From the NCBI GenBank assembly GCA_046563655.1, contig CM102285.1, positions 3,038,001 to 3,102,000 on the forward strand: a stretch of 64,000 nucleotides of DNA. Direction: 5' to 3'. The notes beneath the pieces are model-generated. The model was not told where the DNA came from, searched no databases, and saw only the letters and a program-made list of their open reading frames with translations. Both the position numbers and the translations under genes were made by a program. The first letter of the stretch is position 1. Each line of letters starts with the position of its first letter. The DNA comes from Yuukianura sp. NJ FZ-2021 (Eukaryota). Positions 44,931-57,274 of this stretch are shown here, one piece after another.

Positions 44931-47900
44931 TGTAGCGACGATGTCCCTTTTTTTTTATATTTAACAGATTAAATTTTTAAGTTTGAGAGTCCTAAATGGG
45001 ATTCCCAAATGGATGTCCAAATGGGACTCCGACTTGGACTTCTGGGCTGGAGTCCTAAAAAGACTCCTAAACTGAGTCCCGGGTCGGAGCCCCAAGAGGA
45101 CTCCTAAACCGGAACCCCAAAAAGACTCCCAAATCGGACTCCTAAATCGACTCCTAAATCGACTCCTAAACCGGAGTCCCAAAAGGACTCCTAAACCGGA
45201 ACCCCAAAGCCGTCAGCCAGTAATCGTCTACACCCTCCCCTTATGGGCGTGCCCGTAGTTAAGCTCCTTCTAGTGTTAGCAGTATAGTTAATATTCTCCC
45301 CTTTGTCAGCCCTCCCCCCTTAGGTTATATACATTGACAGTAGAGTATAAGTCTTTCAATCAGTTGTCCAGGATAGGAAGGAGTAAGATGTTGCCCCCCG
45401 ACATCACTTTTGGGAGGTAAAATCTTGCTTCTTCTGACTCCCCTCTGTCCCTATAAAAAGCCTGTGCAGTTCAGTTCAAAAAGTTCAGTAAATTTTTCAA
45501 AAACACTCTCTTGGCCGAAGGCCCTCTTGGACACCGCTCTCATTCATTCTCGAGTACAGGTCAGAGGTCAGTCCCATAGCTGAACCCTAAATTGAGTCCC
45601 AAATTGAGTCCAAAGTAGGAGTCCCAAATTGAGTCGGAAATTGGAATCCAAAAGTGAACCCTAAAAGGTGGAAGCCCGAGATCGGAAATTGGTGAAAGTT
45701 AGTCATTTGGGGTACTGTTTGACGGTAGTGTTTAGCCGGCTTTACAACCCGATAAGCACAATTATACCATAGTCCTCCTCATCCCGTTAGTGTTTGGTTG
45801 CGTTGAGTCCGGCAGTTCAGTTTTCAGTATCGTGCGCTCAAATTCAGGAGTTATCGAAATTACATGGTCCTTCGAACCGGATCGACCCAGCCATCTGACG
45901 AGCAGTAAACCCGAGGAAGACATCCCATTTGGACATCAGTCATCACTTTTTTACAAAAGTCTATGTGAGCACCGAGCCAGCTCCAAAAAACCAACAGGGC
46001 TCTACATCAGGTGATATCGTCCCAAACGAATCATTACTTACTAATCTAATCTCAGTACCCGTTTTCAGCTATGACAGACCTTCCGCATTCATCTCGAAAT
46101 CCACCCAGCGAAGAATTGGCAGACACTGAGGCTGACACCGTCATATCAGTCAGGGCAAGTCCACAGGGATTTGTCACTCAACCAGAAGACGACACAAGAA
46201 GTGTTACGTCACACGTCAGTCACGTCTCAGTGAGGTCAACCATTCGGAAGAAACAACGGGAATTGGAATTATCAGCACGAATGAAGATGATGGAAGAGGA
46301 CAGGAAGATTGCGCAGATGACGGCCGAGCAGGACAAGAAGCTTCGGGAGATGGCCGCTGAGCAAGACAAGAAGATCATCGAGATGAAGCTGCAGATGGAG
46401 TTGGAGAACCTCGCAGATGAGGAACAGGACATTCTAGAAGAAATGGGACTCGTTGAGTGGCCTCAACCGGTGGCAAACCGTACAGACTGCCAGAAGAAAG
46501 CTACACAAGATTGGGTCAACAACGTCCCGTCAGGTCCGGTCTCTCCAGCTCCTCCACAAGCCCCATCAGACCACATTAAGAGGGAACCACAACCACCAGC
46601 ATCAGTTCACCAGTCAGAAGCGAAGTCTGAAATTACCCAGATCGGAGAAGCAATTGCGGCTATCGGGAAGAAATTGGAAAAGATGAACCCGGTAGTCACT
46701 CCTCCAACAGTAGTCACTCCTCCACCGGTGGTCACTTCCTCTACTTCCGAAAAAGTATTGGCAAGAAAGGCTTACGGGAGTGACCTTCCTCACCTCAGCG
46801 GCCGACCAGAAGAATGGCGAGTCTTTCATGCAGCATATACTCAATCTACCGAGAAATGTGAATTTTCTGACTACGAAAATCTTCATCGTCTCCGTCGCTG
46901 TTTGAAAGGTGAAGCCTACAAAGAAGTTGAATACCTACTTGAGAACCCCGAGAACGTACCGGAGATTATGAGGACATTAACTCTCAGGTTTGGACAACAA
47001 CGACATATCATCAGACACCTCTTGTCAAAATTGCAGACAGTCCCTACTATCAAAGAAAACGACTGGGAGTCCCTCATCGTTTTTGGAAGACACGTTCGGA
47101 ACTTGATGCAGACACTTAGAGGATTTCATTCAGAGGCAGCGCTTGACAATTTTCAGACACTGGAAGACTTGACGAAAAAGCTGCCACCCAGTCTTCAGTT
47201 GGAATGGTCAGACAAGTCAAAAGATGACTTGGCTTCATCACTGGGGAAGTTTGAAACGTGGATAAAAGAGAAAATGGAAAGCGTGTACAGAATCTCCACA
47301 CCGAAGTTTAAGGAAGAGAAGTCAAGGAGTGACAGGCAGACCAGCAGATCCGTCCTCACAACAGAACAGAAAGGCGTTCCCCAGACCACTCCAAGCACGA
47401 CTCAGTCCTCGTCTCAGCCACAGCAGCAGCAGTCCACTCCGAACACGTCTCAAGCCTCGCCTCAGCCACAGCAGCAGCAGTCTACACCTAAAGTCACACG
47501 ATGTCAACATTGTCAGACAGATGGACATCGCATCCAAGGATGTGACCAGTTCAAGAAAGCTACTTTGGATGCTCGCCTCAAGACAGTCAAGGACCGGAAG
47601 CTTTGCTATGGATGTCTCAACTTTGGCCACGGAACCAAGGATTGCCGTTCCAAGAAGAAATGCACAGTTGGAGACTGTAGCTACTTCCACCATCAGCTTC
47701 TACACCGGGAAACAGCTCCTGCTACTAACCACGTCGCACCCCTACAGCTTCACATCTCCAATCAAATCACCTACCAAGTTCTTCCCGTCACTCTTAGAAG
47801 TCCAAAAGCAGAAGTCTCTACTTACGCCTTGTTAGATTTGGGATCCGGGTATACCCTACTGGATGAAGAACTTGCAGACCAGCTTCAACTCCACGGAAAG

Positions 47901-50900
47901 AAACAGTCACTAGGTTACTCCACAATTAGTCACAGTCAAGGGTCAGAAATCCCTTCACGCTCAGTATCTCTCAGTATCGTCAACCCCACCAATGGAGAAT
48001 CATTCGAGGTAAATAACGTACGTACCTTCCCATCTCTTACTCTTCGTGCTGGTACCGTGACTCCGTCACAGTTAGCAGAATGGAAACATCTCGACAAATT
48101 GCCTCTTCCATTATACTCGGATGTCCGGCCGAAGATCCTGATTGGAATTCCACACCGTAAGCTAATTTCACCAATTAAGATCGTCAAAGGTTGTGAGGAT
48201 GGTCCGGAAGCGTGGAAGACGCAACTCGGTTGGATGGTTTACGGGGAGATGGCCCTTCCAGCAGAATGCAAGACAGTCAACCACATCAACCCAGTCTACA
48301 GTGTCATAGAAGCAGATCCACTACATCAGCTAGTAAAGCAATACTTTAGCACAGAAGAGTTCGGTGTCAGACCCACTACCTCTTCTCCTTACACGAAGGA
48401 TGAGCAGAAAGCCGAAGAAATTGCCATGAGAACACTACGACGAGTCGGAGACAGGTTCGAGATCGGGCTTCTTTGGAAGGACGAGAAAGTAACGCTGCCT
48501 GAGAGCAAGACCATGGCCCTCCAGCGACTCTCTTCTATTGAACGGAAACTCGACAAAGATCCTGTCTACGCCAAGAAGTACTGCGAGAATGTTCAACACT
48601 ACATCGACTCAGGCTACCTCCAGAAGATGTTAAAGGAAGAAGCAGAGACAGTGACTCCGCGGACTTGGTTCCTTCCACACTTCGGAGTCAGCAAGGCAAG
48701 CAAACCAGACAAGCTCAGATTGGTCTTTGATGCAGCAGCCGCCAGCCACGGAATCAGCCTCAATTCGACTCTCCACAGCGGACCGGACATTCTCAGACCC
48801 TTACCATCAGTCCTTTGCAAATTCCGAGAAAGAAAAATCGCTATCACGGCAGACATCAAGGAAATGTTTCACCAGGTCAAGATGCGGGAAGAAGATCAGC
48901 TCAGTCAACGGATTCTTTGGAGAGGAATGGATCGAGACCGTCCACCAGACCAGTACAAGATGACAGTTATGACATTTGGAGCAACCTGTTCACCCTACTG
49001 TGCTCAACTTGTCAAAAGGGAGAATGCCATGCAGTTTGCGGAAAGATTCCCCAGAGCAATGGACGCCATCGTCGCTCGTCACTACGTGGATGACTTGTTG
49101 GATTCATGCGACACCTCTGCCAAGGCCTTCATTCACTTCAAGGAAGTCTTTAAGATTCAACAGCACGGAGGCTTCCATCTCTGCAACTGGGCCTCCAACG
49201 ACCCAGCTTTCATCCAGCAGATTCCCGAAGCTCTTCGATCCAAATCCCAGAAGTCATTCGGAAGCAAAGACACCATTGCCAGCGAGCGGATCCTCGGCCT
49301 CGAGTGGAACCCCGGTGAGGACTTCTTCACATTTTCTACCAGCCTTTTCAAAGTCAGGAAGGAGATCCTTAACGGACAGGAGTCGCCCACAAAGAGAGAA
49401 GCCTTGTCTGTGGTAATGTCAGTTTTCGATCCACTGGGGTTTGCAGCAGTCCTCACAGTCAAGGCTAAGATCCTATTGCAGTTAGCTTGGCGTGCCGGAA
49501 TTGGATGGGACGACATCCTACCAGAATCACTGTGGACAAAATGGAAGGAATGGATTGCAGACCTTCAGAGAATCTCTTCCTTCAAGGTACCCAGATGTTA
49601 CTCCCTCCACTTCTCCACGGCAAAGGAAATTGAACTCCATGTCTTCTGCGACGCCAGCGAGTTGGCCTACTCCGCCGTAGCATACTTCAGATTGGAATCC
49701 GGCGAGACTTCCTTCGTAGCTGCCAAGACAAGAGTTACTCCCCTCAAGGCCATGACCATCCCAAGGTACGAACTACAGGCAGCACTGATGGGAGCTCGAC
49801 TCTCTCACTCCATCAAAGAATGGCACAGCATCCAACCGACACGCTGTTTCTACTGGACCGACAGCCGAACCGTCATGTGCTGGCTTTCAATGGACTCGTG
49901 CCGGCTCAAACAATTTGTATCCAACAGAGTAGGTGAGATACTAGATTTGACCGCGAAGACAGACTGGAACTGGATCTCCACCCATGAAAATGTTGCCGAT
50001 GAAGCCACCAGAGACAGAGACCCGTGCGATTTCTCATCAGACAGCAGATGGCTGAACGGACCCAACTTCCTGAAGCTTTCCAGAGATCAATGGCCCATCG
50101 GACAACCACAAGAACTGAGGGAAGATCCAGAGATTCTCGAAATCAAGAAGGAGTTCTGTGGACATGTGGAAAACTTGAAAAAGACAGCAGGTGAGTGTCC
50201 ATTCGACATTTCACGATTCTCTTCATGGACACGACTCATCAGAGCCACCGCCTACCTTCTTCGTGCAGTCCGGTATGGATTTCGTGGATGCAGTCACCCC
50301 TATCCACCATTCGCAATCGCTGAGATTGTAGAGTCCGAGACGTTTTGGTGGAGATGGGCTCAAGCAGAATCATTCCCAGACCTCGTCCTTGCCTTCCGGA
50401 TGAAAGACACAACCAAAGCAGCTAGGTATCAGCTTCATACACCACTTCGAGGCTTGTCAATCTACATGGACGATACCGGAGTCCTTCGTCTCAAAGGCCG
50501 TGTCCAAGCTGATGTCCAAATTGGCAACTTGGAACGAAATCCTGTCATCCTTCACCCGAAACATCCATACACCATTTTGATGATCAGACATTACCATGAG
50601 AAGGCAGGGCACCAGAATAAAGACACAGTCATCAACGACCTGAAACAGCGTTTCTGCATTACGAGTCTCCGAGAAGCAGTCAAGAAGGCCTGGTTCAACT
50701 GTCAACGCTGCAAGAATGATCGTGCTCGTCCAATTCCTCCAGAGATGGCTCCATTGCCTTTGGCGAGACTCGATAGCTACCAGAGACCCTTCACTCGAAC
50801 AGGCGTTGATTACTTCGGACCCATGGAAGTGACTATTGGGAGAAGACATGAGAAGCGGTACGGTGCTCTGTTCACTTGCCTTGTTACCCGTGCAGTTCAC

Positions 50901-52664
50901 CTGGAATTAGCCGGTTCTCTCTCCACCGACAGCTTCATCATGGCTCTTCGTCGCTTCATCGCTCGCAGAGGAAACCCAGCCCACATCTATTCAGACAATG
51001 GTACCAACTTCGTCGGGGCAAACAATGAACTTCAGAAGGCGATCAAAGAACTAGACCAGGAAAAGATTCGTACCGAAATGAACGTCAGGACTATTGAATG
51101 GCACTTCAACCCGCCATACGCCCCACACATGGGAGGAAGTTGGGAGAGGATGGTACAATCAGTGAAGAAAGCCCTCCATGCAGTACTGAAAGAAAGAACA
51201 CCCCGAGAGGAGACGCTGCTGACTTTCCTGACAGAAGCCGAGAACACCGTCAACGGCCATCCACTCGTGTATGTTGACTCAGACGTAGAATCCGAAGAAG
51301 TCCTCACTCCCAACCATTTTCTCATCGGGACACCCAACGGATACCAACCACCAGGAGCCTTTGACGAGGGAGACCTAATTCCCGGGAAGCAGTGGAGACT
51401 TGCGATGCGACTAGCTGATCACTTCTGGGGACGCTGGATCCGTGAGTTCCTTCCCACCTTGACCAACCGCCAGAAGTGGATCGACAAGGCCACCCCCATC
51501 AAGGTCGGAGACGTGGTTCTCATCGTGGACGATTCCCTTCCCCGGAACTGCTGGCTGAAAGGCATCGTCGAGGAGGTCCCAGAAACCAAGGACGGACAGG
51601 TGCGTTGGGCCAACGTAAAGACAACAGCCGGACACTACAAGAGACCCGCTACAAAACTATGTGTTCTCAAAGTTTCCCAGTAGAAGACATCGCTTAGTTT
51701 TAGTATGAACGTGTACGTTCATACGGGGGGGAGTGTAGCGACGATGTCCCTTTTTTTATATTTAACAGATTAAATTTTTAAGTTTGAGAGTCCTAAATGG
51801 GATTCCCAAATGGATGTCCAAATGGGACTCCGACTTGGACTTCTGGGCTGGAGTCCTAAAAAGACTCCTAAACTGAGTCCCGGGTCGGAGCCCCAAGAGG
51901 ACTCCTAAACCGGAACCCCAAAAAGACTCCCAAATCGGACTCCTAAATCGACTCCTAAATCGACTCCTAAACCGGAGTCCCAAAAGGACTCCTAAACCGG
52001 AACCCCAAAGCCGTCAGCCAGTAATCGTCTACACCCTCCCCTTATGGGCGTGCCCGTAGTTAAGCTCCTTCTAGTGTTAGCAGTATAGTTAATATTCTCC
52101 CCTTTGTCAGCCCTCCCCCCTTAGGTTATATACATTGACAGTAGAGTATAAGTCTTTCAATCAGTTGTCCAGGATAGGAAGGAGTAAGATGTTGCCCCCG
52201 ACATCACTTTTGGGAGGTAAAATCTTGCTTCTTCTGACTCCCCTCTGTCCCTATAAAAAGCCTGTGCAGTTCAGTTCAAAAAGTTCAGTAAATTTTTCAA
52301 AAACACTCTCTTGGCCGAAGGCCCTCTTGGACACCGCTCTCATTCATTCTCGAGTACAGGTCAGAGGTCAGTCCCATAGCTGAACCCTAAATTGAGTCCC
52401 AAATTGAGTCCAAAGTAGGAGTCCCAAATTGAGTCGGAAATTGGAATCCAAAAGTGAACCCTAAAAGGTGGAAGCCCGAGATCGGAAATTGGTGAAAGTT
52501 AGTCATTTGGGGTACTGTTTGACGGTAGTGTTTAGCCGGCTTTACAACCCGATAAGCACAATTATACCATAGTCCTCCTCATCCCGTTAGTGTTTGGTTG
52601 CGTTGAGTCCGGCAGTTCAGTTTTCAGTATCGTGCGCTCAAATTCAGGAGTTATCGAAATTACA
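44931..52664 (+). mobile_element. Full-length BEL/Pao LTR retrotransposon
   Basis: LTRs 44931-45864 and 51734-52664 (TG...CA); TSD CAGTG (44926-44930 and 52665-52669); PBS TGGTCCTTCGAACCGG (tRNA-Tyr type) at 45865; PPT GGGGGGGAG at 51725-51733. Confidence 0.97.
46071..51683 (+). CDS. BEL/Pao gag-pol polyprotein (1870 aa)
   Basis: Triple Cys/His gag knuckles; protease LLDLGS; RT KLRLVFDA/ADIKEMF/HYVDD; Pao RNase H LHVFCDAS/TIPRYEL/WTDS; integrase GVDYFGP/SDNGTNF/GGSWER. No env. Confidence 0.96.
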   Translation: MTDLPHSSRNPPSEELADTEADTVISVRASPQGFVTQPEDDTRSVTSHVSHVSVRSTIRKKQRELELSARMKMMEEDRKIAQMTAEQDKKLREMAAEQDKKIIEMKLQMELENLADEEQDILEEMGLVEWPQPVANRTDCQKKATQDWVNNVPSGPVSPAPPQAPSDHIKREPQPPASVHQSEAKSEITQIGEAIAAIGKKLEKMNPVVTPPTVVTPPPVVTSSTSEKVLARKAYGSDLPHLSGRPEEWRVFHAAYTQSTEKCEFSDYENLHRLRRCLKGEAYKEVEYLLENPENVPEIMRTLTLRFGQQRHIIRHLLSKLQTVPTIKENDWESLIVFGRHVRNLMQTLRGFHSEAALDNFQTLEDLTKKLPPSLQLEWSDKSKDDLASSLGKFETWIKEKMESVYRISTPKFKEEKSRSDRQTSRSVLTTEQKGVPQTTPSTTQSSSQPQQQQSTPNTSQASPQPQQQQSTPKVTRCQHCQTDGHRIQGCDQFKKATLDARLKTVKDRKLCYGCLNFGHGTKDCRSKKKCTVGDCSYFHHQLLHRETAPATNHVAPLQLHISNQITYQVLPVTLRSPKAEVSTYALLDLGSGYTLLDEELADQLQLHGKKQSLGYSTISHSQGSEIPSRSVSLSIVNPTNGESFEVNNVRTFPSLTLRAGTVTPSQLAEWKHLDKLPLPLYSDVRPKILIGIPHRKLISPIKIVKGCEDGPEAWKTQLGWMVYGEMALPAECKTVNHINPVYSVIEADPLHQLVKQYFSTEEFGVRPTTSSPYTKDEQKAEEIAMRTLRRVGDRFEIGLLWKDEKVTLPESKTMALQRLSSIERKLDKDPVYAKKYCENVQHYIDSGYLQKMLKEEAETVTPRTWFLPHFGVSKASKPDKLRLVFDAAAASHGISLNSTLHSGPDILRPLPSVLCKFRERKIAITADIKEMFHQVKMREEDQLSQRILWRGMDRDRPPDQYKMTVMTFGATCSPYCAQLVKRENAMQFAERFPRAMDAIVARHYVDDLLDSCDTSAKAFIHFKEVFKIQQHGGFHLCNWASNDPAFIQQIPEALRSKSQKSFGSKDTIASERILGLEWNPGEDFFTFSTSLFKVRKEILNGQESPTKREALSVVMSVFDPLGFAAVLTVKAKILLQLAWRAGIGWDDILPESLWTKWKEWIADLQRISSFKVPRCYSLHFSTAKEIELHVFCDASELAYSAVAYFRLESGETSFVAAKTRVTPLKAMTIPRYELQAALMGARLSHSIKEWHSIQPTRCFYWTDSRTVMCWLSMDSCRLKQFVSNRVGEILDLTAKTDWNWISTHENVADEATRDRDPCDFSSDSRWLNGPNFLKLSRDQWPIGQPQELREDPEILEIKKEFCGHVENLKKTAGECPFDISRFSSWTRLIRATAYLLRAVRYGFRGCSHPYPPFAIAEIVESETFWWRWAQAESFPDLVLAFRMKDTTKAARYQLHTPLRGLSIYMDDTGVLRLKGRVQADVQIGNLERNPVILHPKHPYTILMIRHYHEKAGHQNKDTVINDLKQRFCITSLREAVKKAWFNCQRCKNDRARPIPPEMAPLPLARLDSYQRPFTRTGVDYFGPMEVTIGRRHEKRYGALFTCLVTRAVHLELAGSLSTDSFIMALRRFIARRGNPAHIYSDNGTNFVGANNELQKAIKELDQEKIRTEMNVRTIEWHFNPPYAPHMGGSWERMVQSVKKALHAVLKERTPREETLLTFLTEAENTVNGHPLVYVDSDVESEEVLTPNHFLIGTPNGYQPPGAFDEGDLIPGKQWRLAMRLADHFWGRWIREFLPTLTNRQKWIDKATPIKVGDVVLIVDDSLPRNCWLKGIVEEVPETKDGQVRWANVKTTAGHYKRPATKLCVLKVSQ

Positions 52665-52965
52665 CAGTGCATAAGTTGTCTCATACCGCCTCAATTGGGT
52701 ATAAGGGAAAAACATTAGTTAGTGGTCGCTATAACCCAAATTCCACATACGATTGCAACTTTCACAATATATAAGAGCAATATTTATAATAAAGTGAGTT
52801 TTAGAAAGTAAAGAATAGCGTATTAGATATTTGTTTAAATCGGACGATGTATTTTATTATCCAATACTAAACCAGGTACAACTCGAGTTAAGATTAAGCT
52901 AATAATTTACTATATATCTAAATACACTTTTAATTTAAAACTCGAACAAACCTGACCTGAATGAT

Positions 52966-54183
52966 CTAAGTACTTTTGAGGGCTAATAGCAAGGTTATAA
53001 TGAAGTTGATAATGTTTTGGTTGACGTTAATCACCATATCGGTGTCGATGAAGGTAAGTGGTCCACATTTTATACGACACTGCCACAGAGATTTGGCTCT
53101 CATTTTAAGTTCACGATTACCAGACGCTACTCTATACAGCTCTGATATAAGGTCACCTGATCTAGAATAGACTAATGATGCTAACGTAATGCAAATATTT
53201 AGAAATAGAAAAACCAATGTAGCACCACCAAAGAACATAAGAACGAACAAAGAAAAACCAAGTCGCAGGCAAACTGCGTAATATATAACACTAAAAGCAG
53301 AACCTGTAATAACGTAGGAACCTAGGGGCCACATTATCAAATCGCTACACATAGTTACAAAAATGCATATAATTTTGTAATTCCTTGCTCCTATGCTTGC
53401 GTTGCGTGGTTGTAACTTTCCACGTGCTAGAGTTAACCACCATACAATGGAATCGCGACTTAAAACAACGATCACTACATACTGAAAATATTTGTAAAAT
53501 AGTAAGTACAGCTGTGCAAAAATTGCAACAAAACTAGCAACGGTACCCATTATTGACAAAAATAACTTCAAATTTTTGTACTCCATAAAAACAGGAAACA
53601 TTTCTATAGTTGCCTCAAAAACAAGGTTGATGTCCATTGCAAACAAAATCGGAGTGGCAAACGCAAACAGCAGTAGCACATACTTCAGAGCCAAGTAAAA
53701 ATACTTCAAAAGTTGATAGCTGAGTTGCTCTTCAGGAACATACAGCACCATACCTGCAATATAAGTTTGTCATTAGTTTACTGATTAATTAATTTTTTAC
53801 CTGTTGTCACCTTTCCGCGAAGTCAAAGCAAGGTACAAAATGTTTACGTATTGTTGCCAGTTCTTTCTTTGCCAAATACAGTTCCAATCCAGGTTGATGT
53901 TCATAAATATCATTAAAATTAAACCAATCAGAGCGCCAGTAAGAATGGAATTTATCTTGGTAAAATAACTAGCGTATGCTAGTAGAATGTAGTAAAGTAT
54001 ACAACAGCAGTCAAAAACCAAAATTCGAAATGAATTTTTCTGAAATTTTTTAGTTCCATCCAACATGAACAATTTTCGGCGCTCGTTCCAAATCAGCGGG
54101 TTTTGATACGTATTATGAGCGTTTTTTATGGCACTTTGTAACAACGAAATAGCTTTTATGCGTTGCGCAGTGCCGAACTGCAT
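52966..54183 (-). CDS. Chemoreceptor-like protein, 386 aa, copy 2
   Basis: Exons 53811-54183 and 52966-53753 have the same lengths (373+788 nt) as copy 1; shared HxTYQNPLIWN motif. Confidence 0.75.
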
Positions 54184-54759
54184 GTTGAATAATCCTTGAA
54201 TGATGGAGTTAGTGACGCTGAATGAATTAACTAGGTTAAATAACATAACTAACCAAAACTAAATCGAGCAGCTCTAAAAAGTTTGGTTTACAGGGCTAGC
54301 ACAGACGGAATTGTTGTGTCTAACTTAACTTCATACTTTATGTTTATCCTATGAGGTTTGTCAAGGACAATTTTAAGTAAATTGATTTTTCAAAAAGATA
54401 AATGTCTTATAAAAACATGTTTTATGTTTCAGCTTAAAAACAAAAAGAGCTTTTCCGTGTTCCAACAATGTTTAATATGGAAACATCAATTTTTAAAACA
54501 GACATGGAAGTTTTGAAAACATGCTTCTAAAAAATATGTTTTTTTGTGAAGGAACTACTATAGTACTTAGAATGCGCACAGTCAATTGGTCATCATTGGT
54601 TTTGCGAAATATTCCAGAAATACTCCTTGTACCATTGGCGCTTGTATAAAATTAAGCAGGAGCCAATCGTTTGTTGGAGCTTATATCCTGGTAGAACTTT
54701 AAGAAAAATTTAATTCCTCACGTCTCACTGTTGTGATGATGTAGAAATAACTAATCAAT

Positions 54760-55811
54760 TGAAATTAGTTTATTTCTATAAAAGTATTTCCGTTTTAAAA
54801 AACTGTTCAGACGTTTTGTAGTGAGATGCAAAAGAGACAAACAGATGGGCAAGGAGTACAAGGAATACTGTTAGAAATAGGCATAAAACATTTCACTAAT
54901 TACAGAACCATTTAACACATTGTGCCCTAGGGGCTACATTAAGAGGTCACTGCATATAGTTCAAATATGTACACCGCTTTGTAATGAAATCCTTCCCATG
55001 CTACAGCTTTTGGTGGTAAAAGGTCAACCTCGCAACGATTGGTTTCAGCCACCAGATAACTGCGAGTCTCACGGCTTATAACAACAACATGGTAACATAC
55101 TTGTAGAACATTAGACACAATAGAAAAAAAAAAGACTGCAAAAGTAACAACTGTATTGGTTATGCTTGAGAATAGTTGTAAATTTACATAGTTTTGAAAA
55201 ATCGAAAAATATTGCAGTTTTATGTTGATCACTAGGGCTACGTCAATAATACATAAAAAAGGAGTAGCAATGGTAAAGATAAAGAAAGGTATGCAGTGCA
55301 ATGTAGAAATGTTTCAACCAACTGTATCTAAAACGTTGTCCAGAGACACAGTGCGAACATTTTTTAATTTGGAATTTAAAATGTATAAAAAAAATTAAGT
55401 TTTTGGAAAATCATAAAACAAACATTTGAGTTTTGTACCTTTCTTTGCAGTCAGTGTTAAATACATAATATTGAGGTATTGTTCCCACTCGTTTTTGTTC
55501 CAAACACAATTTACATCAAGAGCGATGTTATGAATTATAAGAAGAATTAACCCTACTACGGCCCCCGTCAAAATTTTATTCACTTTGGTTGAATGGCTAA
55601 TCCATGCCAATACGGTAAAGGACAAAGAACAGCAACAATCAAAATAAAAAATCCAAAAAGATCTTCTGCAAAACGTTTCACCGATATTTAATCTGAACCT
55701 CTTCAAGCGTTTGTTCCAAAGAAGCGGGTTTTGATAAGTGTCGTGGGCAATTCGTATTGCGAGCCGTAAGAATACAACGACTTTCTTGTGATTTGTTAGG
55801 CCTACTTTCAT
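54760..55811 (-). pseudogene. Chemoreceptor-like pseudogene, copy 3
   Basis: Exon 1 (55439-55811) is intact and 373 nt. Exon 2 has frameshifts and a TGG>TAG stop at 54934-54936 (SDLLM*PLG vs SDLIMWPLG). The 3' end is approximate. Confidence 0.75.
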
Positions 55812-57274
55812 TTCGATTTATTATTGAAAATACTTATGAAGGGAAGCAAGATATAAAGCCAAAGGTTTCGTTGACGTCTCAATAAGTGCAGATTCGTAGA
55901 TGTGGACTCAAAGGCTTAAAAACGAGAAATGCCACACAAATTTTTATTTTGGTCTGATGCCCGCTCCTCACTTTCTGTTCCTCGCTACTTTCCCCGGGGA
56001 AAATTTGTCGTAGACCGCAAATGTAAGAATTATTTGTGGTACCTAGTACATAAATTTTCGTTGCAAGATTTGAAGTCGCTATGTGTCCTACGACAACTTT
56101 TCCCCGAGGAAATTAGCGGCGAACGGAAATGAAGAGCATGCATAACCATTCTCCTTAAAACAAATTTTTTTTAAATTATTACTTTCAATAAATCGACGTT
56201 GTCAAAAACACATCCTACTCTGGCAACTTTAGCATCCTCATTTCTTCAAAGTCATACCCATGGTTGAAGCGGTGGGATTGCGAAACCTTACATTTTTATT
56301 GTTCAAACACCGTGTTTTGGCCAATGTTCTGCAATTTCAATTTCACAAACCTAAAAATTATAGAAAACGAAATGGAGGAATAATCCATCTCAGACACCGT
56401 TTGTGTCTGCTGTACTCAGTCTCGGCAGGCATATCATCAATATTGGTTTTTGAGATTCACGATGAAATTGACAAACTTGTATGTCAGAAGGTTGTATTAG
56501 AAAATAATGATATGCAGCATGCTTGGCGCACAGCTAAGAATGACGCAATATCAATTGAGGAAAAGTTAGGGCACGAATGCATTAAACGGCCCTAATACTA
56601 TTGTACAATTTCTAAATCCCACAACGGACCAAAAATGAATTTGTTAAATATTTAAAAACTACTGACGTAAGCAGCGGTTAGTACGTTTCAGCATTTATAC
56701 AATAAAAACATTTATTTCTGCGACTCTTTGAAAATAAAATTACGACGCTTTGGCGTTAATGGCATGAAAGTTGAAAAAATTCATTTCGTTCAAATTTTAT
56801 TTCAAAAAGAAGACGTGAGTTAGTGCTACCAAAATTTAGAAAAATTTTGGTTGAACATTTTCCACGTTAATTCCCGTAAAATTTTACATAGTTACGCCGC
56901 ATTAAGAATAGCAATATGCTCACTCTCTGACGATATTGGTAGGGGAAAAGGTTCACCTTACGTAAATAGCTTAGGTATACAATTTTACATTACTGTTGCA
57001 CGATGTGACACTATAATAAAATTTACCACTTCCATAAAAACATTTACGTTCTACGTGAGTTTTTTTTATACATATTTTACTAAACCACTCGAGTAAGTGT
57101 CAGGAAGATAATTTCATACTTCTAATGCTTCACACCTTGGATAAATTAGTATTCCAAAAGTGAATAACGTTGTTTTACGGACTATATATAAACATGATGA
57201 CTTCAGTCCGTTGTTGTTTTTCTGCAGAAAATTACAAAACTTGTGCAAATTTCTTCGCCACTCGCTACAACACC

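Noticed and set aside
47825-47850. Atypical protease motif DLG in the BEL element as a sign of inactivity
   Set aside because: The catalytic Asp is retained and BEL/Pao proteases vary at the following residue.
51683-51733. env gene in the BEL/Pao element
   Set aside because: Only about 50 bp separate the pol stop from the 3' LTR.
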